From contig JAAPAO010000223.1 of NCBI GenBank assembly GCA_013115145.1, positions 1 through 51,250 on the forward strand: a stretch of DNA of 51,250 nucleotides, given 5' to 3'. The DNA is from Perkinsus chesapeaki ATCC PRA-425 (lineage: Eukaryota; Protista; Perkinsozoa). How positions within the stretch are numbered: the stretch's first letter is position 1; every line of letters starts with the position of its first letter. Both the position numbers and the translations under genes were made by a program. Under the pieces are notes generated by a model. The model was given only the letters and a program-made list of their open reading frames with translations. It was not told the DNA's origin and did no database searches. Positions 27,022 to 38,514 of this stretch are shown one piece after another.

Positions 27022-30000
27022 ATGACAGCTAAGTCGCCACCTACAAAAGACTCTAATAAAAAAAGCCGTCCCGATTTATTACGTTTGACTACCGAGGATT
27101 TCAAAGGGACGGCACTGGATGAATGGGTTGAAAATAATGACGATTTTTGTAACCATTGCCGAGGGCGAATAGGGAAGTTCAGAAGGTAGTAATTTGGTGG
27201 AGATGGAATCTTTGGGGGAGGTTCCCGCAGTTGTTAGTCTTTCCGGACTGAACTATTGGGGCGGTTTGCCACCATTAACGCCGTATTGCCAGTCTCAATC
27301 TGGGGCTTTATTGCAATGTATTTATTATAATTAATTTTGTCACTACAAAACTATGCTTTGTGTGGGCAAGTTGCTCGAGGCTTCATTAGATATCCCTACA
27401 AGCTATTGGTAACATTAATCTGATCACCCCATAAAATCTGCACTTCTGTCTTGTAGATGGGTTCATCAGTTCTATTCATGTTCGCTCAACTTCGTATACA
27501 GTGCACACGAAACCTACGGGACCACAGGATCCTTTTCGCTATAGTGAATATATGCGTTGTCAAGAAGCGCGAGTTGTAGATGACGCGTACTGTATTAGAG
27601 TGGTATGAGAAATGCAAGGTATGTTCGAATGTGTGAGCCCCGAGAACGAACGAGAAAGTCTGCTTGAGGGCAAAATCGTTTCAGGAAGTTTTCGCATGAG
27701 GCCGGCGAAGAGGTCGTGGTATTAGGGATGCTTAGCCCGCCGGGCATCTGTGGAACTACTGAAGTCCTCTTCCGATTAATTATCCGCCGCATTAACAGTC
27801 TTCATCTTAGAGCGTATCACTGCGCAAAGTGCGGTAATGTCGTCTGCCGGAATTGCCTAGAGACGGGAAGGTTCATTGGAACTAAGATATGCAAAAGGCA
27901 AGTTCCTGCGGTGCACTGTGGAGATAGAGGTGACCAACGGTTAGGTGCTTCAATGGACAGGAAATCAGCAACTCCAAGCTGTTGGAAAACCGGTCATTCT
28001 CAGCGTCATCTGGTTCGCATTTATCGGCGCACGATCAAGGTAGTGGTATTACTTGTATCGGGCATATATAGCCTTTTAGGGTCGACGGTGCCGGAATCGG
28101 CGCCAGCAGTTTCGACGCCAAGCACGGCTATCAGTGAGACACCAGTTGTACAGGCAGTAATGCCATATCAGCCGGTGAGGCTGCCTACTAGTCTGTGGAG
28201 GAAGGCTAAGGTTATGACTGATGGACAGAGGTATATAGATCCTAATAGTCCAGGAGGTAGTGAATGGGGAATAGTGCGGGCGACCGGTTCGGCCGGGGAA
28301 ATGTCTAGGTGAAGTTCCATTCGAAACATCTTAGAGAGGCCGGGGTGACATAATCTTGGCAGGAAAAGTAAATACGCCAGCGAAGAGCGAAAACGTTGGG
28401 GTCAGTGTAACAAGAACATCATGATTGTGAATTCGCGAACACTATTACTGGTAAAGAGATTATTAATTATAATACCGCTGAGAAATGGAAAATATCCGAA
28501 CTAACTCGTAGGCGAGGAACACTTGGTCACATTATACGCTAATTTCCGTACTTTTTCTCCCGTTTCGTGACGTCATAATAATATCCGTATTTTACGAATG
28601 GCGCATCCACACTAGCGCTACTTTACTCGCTCTTCTATTATCCTTGTTCAGCCTGGTCTATTGGTGGCATCTTTCAGTTAAGTTTGGCTGGGGCCTTTAT
28701 GCGTTGCTTAATATCCGTGTAATAGAGGCGAGAGGTCTGAGGGCAACGGACACTAATGTATTTGGTCGAAAGTCAAGCTCTGATCCATACTGTGTATTAA
28801 CTTTAAACAAGGATAAGGTAAGCACCAGTAATGGGTGATAGCTCGCTGTTGTCTGACGGCAAGAAGTGACCTGAATCGTTGTAGAGCTCTCACCAGGCTC
28901 TAATCTCTTTAATATCCCCCTCGNNNNNNNNNNNNNNNNNNNNNNNNNNNNNNNNNNNNNNNNNNNNNNNNNNNNNNNNNNNNNNNNNNNNNNNNNNNNN
29001 NNNNNNNNNNNNNNNNNNNNCCTATGTTGCCTTCTCTTTAATATCCCCCTCTATGTTGCCTTCTCTTTAATATCCCCCTCTATGTTGCCTTCTCTTTAAT
29101 ATCCCCCTCTATGTTGCCTTCTCTCAGATATCCTGCAGAACCCCCTATCTTAAGCATACTTTGCAGCCTGTATGGGACTATAGATGTTCGACCATGGTAT
29201 TGAAAACCCCAGGCCAAATGTTGCACGTTGAAGTGTACTAGACTTCCGTTATGGCGCTCCATTGCAATGTGACTTTAGATTTGATCGTGACGTAGCATCC
29301 TCGGATGATGTTATTGGTGATGGTGATCTGGACTTGTCGACTCTTCGCCGTGACGAGAGTACAGACGGTTGGATCCCTCTTCATTTTGAAGGTAATTGGC
29401 ATTCCTTTATTCGACCTCCAACCTCACAATTGGACGAAGTGGTTACGCCTGGTGGGGTCGGATAGTCTGGACTGTGTATTATGCGAGCAGCTAAGATCGG
29501 TTCATGAAATTTGGTTCACTATGTTTGAGGGTGTAAGCAAGTCGAATGTAGACATTGCGGCTTCCAACTCGCGGAAAAACTAAAAGTTTGAAAATATAAC
29601 GTTGCATTTCAGCAGGCTGTTTTTCACTCATCACCGCCGGAAGGTCAATATTTATATTGTAAACAACGTGGAATTATAAGCTGGTGGAATGGTAAAATAA
29701 CAGGGGGAATCAAGTGTCAAATTTCCTCCTGTCGTATCGATTTTTATGTGCAAGCTGGATATCAATTTTATATCCGAATTACAAAGTTTTTATTTCGTTA
29801 TGTTTAAGAATGCAGTTGCTGTAAAATAACAAGGGGAATTAAATGTCAATTTTTTCCTATTTTTGCATGCAAGTTGGACATCGATATTCTACCAACATTA
29901 TGGTATACTCTTTATGTTTAAGAATGCATTTTATTTTAGGGGAGCCGGCGGGTGCTGTGAGACTTGAAGTTGAGTTTAGCTATACAGTAGCATCTGAGGT

Positions 30001-31907
30001 GTCGGCCTATATGCAACATTATATGATTAAGGAGGCTCAACCTAAGAGCAAACCTAAGTTTGATGTCAATGCACTTTATGGACCCGGAATGTAATAAGTT
30101 GTCGAGTCTTGCTGTACAAAGTCTAATCATCTGCTGAGGCTATTGCCTGAACCCTCACAATATTTGGTTGACTTGTAATAATTTCAATAGTTTATGCTTG
30201 TGAATGTAGTAAAGCTGTGCGGTAGCTTAACGGTAGCTCACCCCGCAGTCATACTTCTATACTGGCACTCACCTGTCTGGTCAAAGGACTAGGAAACACA
30301 GTCTACAATGTGACGGGCTTTTGCACCACTTGGGGACTCCTCATTGTCCTCGGCAGGTACATATTCGAGACGGTATGGTCGGACGTGGTGAAGGACTTTA
30401 TAATGCGTTTTGTACTGCCTATATTCCAATGGGACAGTTGGTGGCAGTCGGTGTTGGTATGGGCAGCTTATCTTTATGCATGGTAGGCAAGCCGGAGGGA
30501 AAAACTGTCTTCTCCGAGGATCGAACCTGCGACGTTTGATGTTGAACTGAACTGTATAGAAATTATACCGATGTTCGACGGTATAATATATTTTTTCTGG
30601 ATCAGGATATCATAGGTTGAAGCGTGACTCTCAGCCTAGGAATCCAGGAAGCTGAGGATTATTAATCCTTCAATCACCCCGGCACCCGCTCCTTTCCGTG
30701 GAAAGCTTCCTCAGTAGATCGGAAAATAACGCGCCGCTCCGTCGGATAGAAATATCTTTCAACTGCCCCTTAGGCGTTAACATCTCCGAGTGAGTTATAG
30801 CATATCTATCCACCTCGAGGAGCTTCTCGACGGGACCGTATAATTTTCGCTACTATACTCCTGCATTTGTTGGTTTCAGTTGCTTTGTTGGCTATTGGCC
30901 GGCTCTGCTATGCTGGGGTATAGCTGCGGCTATGATGCGTAATAAGATGTTATCTGAATATAGGAAGGCAGTTAACCAAGAACAAACCCTTAATAGGCGT
31001 GGCAGTATGGCCTTTGTTGCCTTGGATGATGATGATGGTAAGGACCACGTCATGTACGACTTTAACCTTTATGCCGCTTGCCCTCGGTAGTGCAGCAGTC
31101 AAGTCCAACGACCCTGGATTTATGGGCGCCCTGTTTGGAGTATATTATCTCTACTGTACATTTCTTGGTTCCAGCCGATAACTCATTTTGGCTGCTCCTT
31201 CTACAGTAGCCGGTCATTATCTTATGCATCACTAAGCTTGATGGGAATCTAGATAACGAGGCAGCACAGCAGTTACTAGTGTGTGAAAAGGGCATTCTAT
31301 GGTTCAATTGGGATCTGATAAACCGTTACATAGGAATTACGTGTCCAACATTTCTTCACTCGAACTGGAACTATTCGGACGTCCTCTGAAAATTCTACCT
31401 TTCTTTTCTCCGAATTTTTGTTAGCCATGATGCATATTTTTCAGATGACGATGATAGTGAGAAGTCAATAAATGCGTTAGTGCGGAGCTTCACGCAGCTA
31501 TCTCCGACATGGTTGAAAGATACGGCCGCGCGTTTTCAGCGGCCGTTGAGGATCTTGGCGGATACTTTGGACCTTGGGGAAGATATCCTCATGTGGAGGT
31601 AAGGCTCGATGGGGGATCGAGAGGCACTGTGTGTTTGATAGGGACCCGCTGTCCAAGCCAGTATTTTATATATTAGTGGTTACCGGTTTGATTCTTTGCC
31701 GACTGTCATTTGGTGTGGTGATGGCAATAATAGGGAGCGCTATTATGATGATACATTCCCCATTGAGAGGGCTGCTTATTGGCATAACAGCATCGGTCCA
31801 CAGGTGAGATGGGGGCACTACGATGCCTGCTTATCCGAAAACACCTCGCCAGCGATGGCATATACGCCGCAACGTATATGAACAGCAATTCGGTGTTCTT
31901 CAGCTGA
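27022..31907 (+). CDS. FYVE-like Zn finger + C2 + MCTP-type (PRT_C-like) transmembrane protein, paralog B
   Basis: EWVENNDDFCNHC..RRAYHCAKCGNVVCRNC..KICKRC; C2 domain (LNIRVIEARGLRATD..SSSDPY..QPVWD..FDRD..SSDDVIG..GWIPL); shares KPKFD(I/V)NALYGPG with paralog A; YWPALLCWG, LSPTWLKDTAARFQRPLRILAD. Intron positions largely match paralog A. Confidence 0.82.
28904..29124. repeat. 29-bp minisatellite in an intron (28818-29127) of paralog B, interrupted by an N gap
   Basis: Unit ctatgttgccttctctttaatatccccct; period 29 (29051, 29080); a partial copy precedes the gap. Confidence 0.93.
28924..29020. other. Assembly gap (N run)
   Basis: Run of n. Confidence 1.
29695..29939. repeat. Diverged tandem duplication (about 125 bp x2) in an intron of paralog B
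   Basis: aaataaca(g/a)ggggaat..tgtcaa..tgcaag(c/t)tgga..ttatgtttaagaatgca occurs from about 29695 and about 29823; the second copy ends at the acceptor AG. Confidence 0.8.
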
Positions 31908-31925
31908 GCTCCAGGCGAGCTGTCT

Positions 31926-33533
31926 TCACCGATAATGTTGGTGGATGCAAAGATCTGCCGGAATTTCACAAAAATTTCCCAGAATGATCTTCTGTCGACT
32001 TTCTTGTGTGCGCTGCGGGAGGGTATGTTTTGATGGCTAAGGTGGACAAAGCCCCTACCAGAAACTGATTACACAGTCAGAGCTTTCTGTATCCTTCTTG
32101 TTGATTGTTTTCTCGAGATTTTTCATCCACAAAGCTCGTACTTCAGTTATTAGCTTTGAAATTGCAGCGGTCGCCCATTTTAGAGTATCAAATTCGGCTA
32201 GGGTGCATCCTTGCCGTAGTGAATCTGTATCATTCAGATGGTTCCTCGGTGCCAAGGCGTGGGTGAAGAGTGAAAACAGTCTTCTGCCACATTGCGACAT
32301 GTCCCACTGTAGCGACGACTATCGGCAACTGGTCATTAAGCGGTTGGCCAAAGACGCTCGACGAGTTCCTGTAGGCGCCGCTCCTCGGCAGTCGACGCAT
32401 TCGTGATTTCGAAACACCTTTTGCCTCTGGAGGCAATTTTGCTTGTTAGAGACTTTGATGATTGACTTAATGAAAAAAGCTGATTTTTTCGTGTTCTGGT
32501 TCTCTTGTTATGATATACAGTACAGCAAGGGCCATCTGATACCTCGGACGTGCTACATACGATTCTCATCACGCTGTCGTCGTCGTGAACATTCAAATAG
32601 GGCGATATTACCAACTATTCAGACTGTGTCATTGAGGCACAGCGTAACACTATTGTTAGCCGAGAAGATATGAATTCCCGCAAGAGTAACCTACTGGGTA
32701 TCTTAAGCTCTGTGTAGCGTTAAGTCTCATCAATTATCGGATTGCACCGGTGTGGCCTTGGATATTCTCCTCCGTTCGAAGATGGCTGCCATAGCGTTTA
32801 TGGTATAAAGCTTTCAGGGATATGCGCAGTTGACAACTATCAGTTGGCGAAGCGTTGCTCTGTCTAAGTCAGGCGTTGGATAATAAGCTGGTTGTGGCTG
32901 ATCGTTGAATTATGCAAGGCGCACCTGTAACGGTCGGTTGTCACTTGCTTCTCAGTACATCCTCCAGGAACGTCAATCTCAATCGTTTGGTTGTTAAACA
33001 GAATGTAGTTGCACCCGTTGATTGCCACTCAGTGTATGCAGTCCTGTAGAGATGAGTATGAGTATATTCAGTAGTATGAGTATGATGTATGAGTGCCTCG
33101 CCCGCGAAGAGGCACTCAAGTTTGCGTTAATAAGAACACGTGCGGTTACCGAATGTCTTGCTGTTTGATCGTCAATAGGCTTGTAGTCGTTACGTTCGAC
33201 CGCTGTGCCACGCGTTTCGGACCGCATCTCTCGTAGTGACGCGATCTTAACCACCTGGGCGAAATGTTTGAAACTGCTGGCTCCGTAGAAGGTATTTGAG
33301 TCTCATAATTGGGGTCTAAGTTTAAGTCTTGGTGAGACGCCGCTGGACTTGGGGAGAGCACTGTTGCGGATAACGATATATCGCAGTGTTGAGGCCTTTG
33401 GTCGACAAAGTGGTTGATGTCGAACTATGTGACTAGCAACTCTCGCACTCACGTGGCCTAGATCAGCGACTCGAGACAATCTTCGTGATTTGCACGGCAA
33501 AGCCACTTTAGCTTTGTACACGCGTGCTTCCAT
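31926..33533 (-). CDS. Hypothetical multi-exon protein
   Basis: Exon-like segments (MEARVYKAKVALPCK; LSPSPAASHQDLNLDPNY; FEITNASTAEERRLQELVERLW; DTLKWATAAISKLITEVRALW; last exon RTQESRQKIILGNFCEIPADLCIHQHYR*). Not fully assembled. Confidence 0.45.
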
Positions 33534-33581
33534 TTCGGCGCATCGCTTTCGCTATTGCTGTGATAGTACTTGTTATAATCA

Positions 33582-33809
33582 ATGCGTTCTATCTCCATCA
33601 TATCCGTTATCATTGTCATCGCATCCGCCTTGGTTGCTGCTGAGCCAGCAGCCGGTGGTGGCAGCAGGCTGCGTTCTACCCAAACCCAAATCAGTACCCA
33701 AGTTCCCTGCCTTGTTGCATCTGGTAGGGAAACGTGTAACGAGGCTACTGGATTCTGTGATGACTCTTCTCTCTGGCAACCTATACAGTGTTGTGGTCCA
33801 CCTGCCTAG
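33582..33809 (+). CDS. Small secreted cysteine-rich peptide, 75 aa
   Basis: ATG start; signal-peptide-like MRSISIISVIIVIASALVAA; SRLR linker; C-x8-C-x6-C-x10-CC tail. An alternative spliced reading is possible. Confidence 0.6.
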   Translation: MRSISIISVIIVIASALVAAEPAAGGGSRLRSTQTQISTQVPCLVASGRETCNEATGFCDDSSLWQPIQCCGPPA

Positions 33810-34524
33810 TTCTCTATCTCCGAGTCGAGGTGCGCCTCTCTGCCGAAAGTCTCTCTTCATCATTATTGGTGTTGTCGTGTCAAGGAGCTCATAGAAGAGT
33901 TTTGTACTCAATTGCTAGTTATTTTGGGGAGAATCAGTTGTTCTTTCTTCTCTGTTGTAGATGGAGTTGCGTTGAGAATCTCTTAGAAGCCCATCACAAG
34001 GAGCTGGGTAACTAGGCACATTCAGTCTTGAGTTTCATGGCGAACTAGTAACGAGTCGCAACTCGCCGATCTCTAAGAAATCACTGTTTCGTATTACCGA
34101 TTAAGTTACCGAAATGGTTTCAGAACATTGCTCTCCAAGTCTAACGTTGAGCTACACATAACTGCAGATTGATCGAGTCACGGCAACGCCGCAAGTCCGG
34201 TAGACTAGTCCTCAGCTTAATACCACTTTAGGCCGCAGTGACTCTGCCGCGGCTCTCCTCGATCACGCACGCAGACGTTTGTAGAACCGCTGCGGCCGGA
34301 CTTGCCCGGTTCTAACCGGAGTTTCTGCTGACAAATTTCCGACTTTCTGGTAGGCATAGGTTCTTAGTATACCCGTATAATTGCTGTGTTTGATGAGTAA
34401 ACTTTAATCGGAAATCTCAATGCGCATGCGTACACGGTGTACGGTACACCTGTTGCAGTGACTGCACAATAATATACAATGCTTATCAGCTTCCTTGTAG
34501 ATTTTCATCAGTTAATTTTTATCA

Positions 34525-35817
34525 ATGGGTGCGGGTTATTCAGGAACTCGTAGAGTCCGCAGCTCCAGCGCTCAGGAGGACCTTGAACTGTGGAAGAAGC
34601 ACGCCAGAGCATACCACCGGCACCACAGCTTGGAAGTCGCCAAGGTGAGCCGCACCGCCTCTTGTGAGAGTTACCACCGAAGCGCTGTCTCAGACTCCAA
34701 AAATGTTCCGCGATATACGCCAAGGACACGACCGAGTTGTTTTGTACACTGTGGCATCATCACATAACGGTTTGAGGGTTGAGCTTGCGTTACGAGAGAA
34801 GGAGGTGCCTTATGAGAAAAAGACGGTATGAGCGTAAATTCATTGTTCGGTTGCGCCGCGTTCTGTAAAGGAGTGTCCCCTGCTAATTTGAACCTTTAAC
34901 AGTGGCAATAAGCGTATACTACACACCGTACACTGTATACTATGTACTGTACTATGCTGTGTACTGTACACGGTATAGGCATTAAACTCTTTGAGCAAAT
35001 GCAGGTTGATTCGTTACCCGACTTTGACGCGGAATAGAGGTTTGCACTTCAGGTAGATATTACGAAAGGAAGCCATAAGACTCCCGAGTATACGTCAATC
35101 AACCCGAGGCAGAAGATTCCCAGTCTTATCCACGATGATGTCATTATCAACGAGAGCTGTGCGGCGATGGAGTATGTCAATGCAGTTTTTAATAAAGATG
35201 TACATTTCGAAAGTTTCCTCCTTTCTTGATAGTCCCTAGCAGATACGACTCAGGCCTAAAGACCCGGTTAAACTGGGCAAGTGCCTTCAGTACATCCACG
35301 AATTTGAGGTTAATCTCGAGCCGAAAAATATAGCGGATAAAGTTCTTGACCAAGGCAAGACAAGAGAGGACTTGCACGAAGATATTAAGGTTTCATTTCA
35401 CCGATAAACAGCTCGTAATTACAGCTAGAGGTGTCAGATTCTACTAGCCGAGTTGATGATATGGGAAGGTTACTTGGCGAACAGAGATTACTTAGTAGAT
35501 GACTTCAGCCTGGCTGACATTGCGGTTTTCCCGCTTATCGCTCAGTACTCATCCAAGCTCTCTTCCGTGTCTAAACACCTTGTTCTCTTAGGCTCACAGA
35601 ATGGCTTGGATTAGATCTCTCGGACTACCCTAATATCGAACGCTGGTAAGCTGCAGATATGTTCAAGCGGTTCCTTCGGCCCTTGAAGGTAGTTCATCAT
35701 TGTTCATTTAGGTATAGGAACATGAGAGGTCGTAGTTCTTTGAAGAACCATCCGTACTTTACCGAGTGCTCCAACACTAGTCCTTTACACCGCAGAATCC
35801 TCTCCAAGGAAGCTTGA
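34525..35817 (+). CDS. GST: Glutathione S-transferase 1 with N-terminal extension (MGAGYS), 7 exons
   Basis: VVLYTVASSHNGLRVELALREK, INPRQKIPSL, NESCAAMEY, FSLADIAVFP, LDLSDYPNIERWY; ends RILSKEA*. Confidence 0.9.
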
Positions 35818-37115
35818 AACCCTTCCTCATTATGGCATTATATATCATTACGGTCATCCCGCAAGTGTATTGAGTGTTGCTTCTGTACCGAAATGACTTT
35901 TATTAAGAGAATTCCGAGTGACCAACGCTATAGTTATTACAGTAGTCATCGTTTGATGCGCATCTGAACATTTGACATTGATTGTTGTGGTGTCCTGAAT
36001 CTGCGGTATCTTGAACGTCTACGGCTTTGTATCTTGCTTATGAGTGCTAGATCACCTGAATTCCGGTTTAAGATGATTTGTACTACCTTTGCGTTGTGTT
36101 AGGTAGTGTGAATATGATCACGAAGTTGAGTGTATTGCAGCTGCTTGCTAGCTATCCGTTTGGAAGATTCCCTCTATGACACGGTATCAAATTGATACTA
36201 TCAATTCAAAACACTATCAACTACAAGTATGAAGAAGCCATGTGGCTGGAGAAGGCCCATTATCGGAAGCATTGTCACTGTCACACATCATCCCATAGTT
36301 AGCACAGCTACGTTTCGGCCGACTAGGTTCAGCTGCCGAAATTACTACTTGCGTAGACCTTTTGGTATTATGCTTAAGGTGGCTCCCAAATGCTTGATAC
36401 TGTCAGTCTGACGAATCATACATTCTACCATTCTGCAGCTTGACTCCCTGTTAACAACGTTGTGCAACGATTCATTCACTTCTCCTGTGACTGACCAAGG
36501 ACCTAACCCGGACGGTTCCAGGGTTTCCAAACTGTCACGAAGGTGGTGTATGACCACGTGAACACTCAGTATGATAGGCAAGTCTATCCTTTGCACAGCA
36601 TCCTTCCAAAGATTCCCTCCGCTTCACCACTCATTAGAAGCAGCTCGTAGGACAGCAAACAAAGTCAGAATGCTAGAGATAGATTCGCGTCGCGTTCACG
36701 CAGGAACAGTCGGGTGCAAAACATGGCAGCGCTCCTTTGGTTCTATTTTCTAGTGGGTCCTCTACCTTTTTCTGAGGCTGTTCGCTTCCAGGCCAATGAG
36801 TGTACTTCCGTCCGCTGCCTTTGGTGACAAAGGCGGGCGAAGTGAGCATATACAGCTAAAATGTACATGCGTACTGCCGCATAGGATTACGCCTCTCCAC
36901 TGGAGAGTCTCCAGTCTTGTTTAGAAGTTAGCGATGATTATGGGGCCTGCAACACTAACCGATTTGTTGGTGTTCTGGTTACCTCGAGCTTTTGCTTGAA
37001 TTATACCGTGCCAGCTTCTGTGTAGCTCGTTCGTCGTGTGAGTTGTAGAAGCTGTAATTGACGAGCAAAGCACTCCAGATTGAAATGTAACAGTGATTTT
37101 ATTGATTGGCTCCTA

Positions 37116-38031
37116 ATGTCCCCCACCATCACTCACTACAAGTTCCCGCTTTCCCCTAACTCCTTCAAGGTTGATATTGCCCTTAAGGAGAAGGGGCTCG
37201 AATACGAAGATCATGTGGTAAGCAACCTCTGTTGTTGCCGCACCTTCATACTCAATGTTTCTGTGATAGGTTAATCTTGTCACCGGAGATCAGCACACTA
37301 AAGAGTTCCATGCTATTAATAACCGTGAACAAATCCCTGCTCTAACCTACGGTGATGCCAAGGTCAGTGAGAGCTCTGCTATACTCCAGTTTATTGATAC
37401 GGCTTTCCCTAATGAGGTGAGCCCTGAGCTACAATAAGGTTAATAACGAGGCCTCTTATATACAGGTGTCTCTCACTTCAAAGGACCCGGTTAACCTTGG
37501 CCAATGCTTGAAGTATGTCGCCGAGTTGGATACCCGCTTTTCTACAAAGAACGTTGCCTTTCAAGTGGTTTTCCTGAAACAGGGTAAAGAGGATCTTGGA
37601 GACAAGGTTGAAGTGAGTCTCATCTCCCCCCAAATGTACCTTCAGTCGCTTTTCAGGAGTTCAAGAAGGAAATCGCCGTCTGGGAGGGTTATCTCGAGAA
37701 TAAGAAGTTCCTTGCCGGAGATTCGGTCAGTCTCGCCGATATCAGCTTGTTCCCTATGATTGGCCAGTGAGTATCGGATTCATCTCTTGGTGTTCACCAA
37801 CATTCCAGTTGTGTAGGGCTCACCTCTGGCTTGGCCTAGATCTGGCTAAGTACCCCAATATTGAGAAATGGTGAGGGTCTCGATATACTCGACACTATTG
37901 CTTGCTGTCTGTCCAGGTACAAGGCATTCGAGCAGCGCCCAAGTGTGAAGGGACATAAGTTTTTTGATCTCGCTGGAAACCTTGACGAGATGTTGGGCCT
38001 AGATGCCACCAAGCGCCGCGTTCTGGCCTAA
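37116..38031 (+). CDS. GST: Glutathione S-transferase 2, 6 exons
   Basis: THYKFPLSPNSFKVDIALKEK, INNREQIPAL, SESSAILQF, SLADISLFP, LDLAKYPNIEKWY; ends KRRVLA*. Confidence 0.92.
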
Positions 38032-38514
38032 TAGACTTCTCTTATGTCTCTGCTTTCCACAGCGCTTCCGTTCACGGTCTGTGTTGCTTTGGCAACAGTG
38101 TCGTTAGTAGACAACATAAACACTATCTTTCTTTTTCATTATAGCCACCGCGTCCCAAAAAGGGAGTATACCGTTGCCTCGAGTTGAGTCCTGTCAATCA
38201 GCTGCTAGAGCTTGCGATATTAACTATATACAGATAGCCTCGGCCCACTTGCTAGCTTTGAACTGACTTTGTGCGCCTAAAACACCTTAGTTTGAGTACC
38301 ATCCCTTTCCAATCTCTCTGAAGTCTCAGGATCTCCAGCGTCCTTGGGTAGGGCTCGCGCGCTCGCCCCGTGTGACCGCGACCCCCTCCGCGTCACGGTC
38401 ACAACTTCGCCGTCACAGCATTCCCAAACAGAACAGTAGGAACGTCTGTGTGCGATAGCTCTCATGCCATTTCGGCTGAGTTGTTGCATAGTACTACTTT
38501 CTCTACGTGCCAGC

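Noticed and set aside
25319-29124. CRISPR array interpretation of the 34-bp and 29-bp repeats
   Set aside because: Head-to-tail repeats without unique spacers, eukaryotic intronic context, no cas genes.
34191-34305. 10-bp inverted repeat gcaagtccgg/ccggacttgc as MITE termini
   Set aside because: Several such pairs are expected by chance in 51 kb, and there is no convincing TSD.
36200-36800. Possible protease or membrane-protein relic between GST1 and GST2 (LGATLSIIPKGL resembles DTGAFSIVLPKG)
   Set aside because: No catalytic DTG, stops on both sides, and similarity limited to a few residues.
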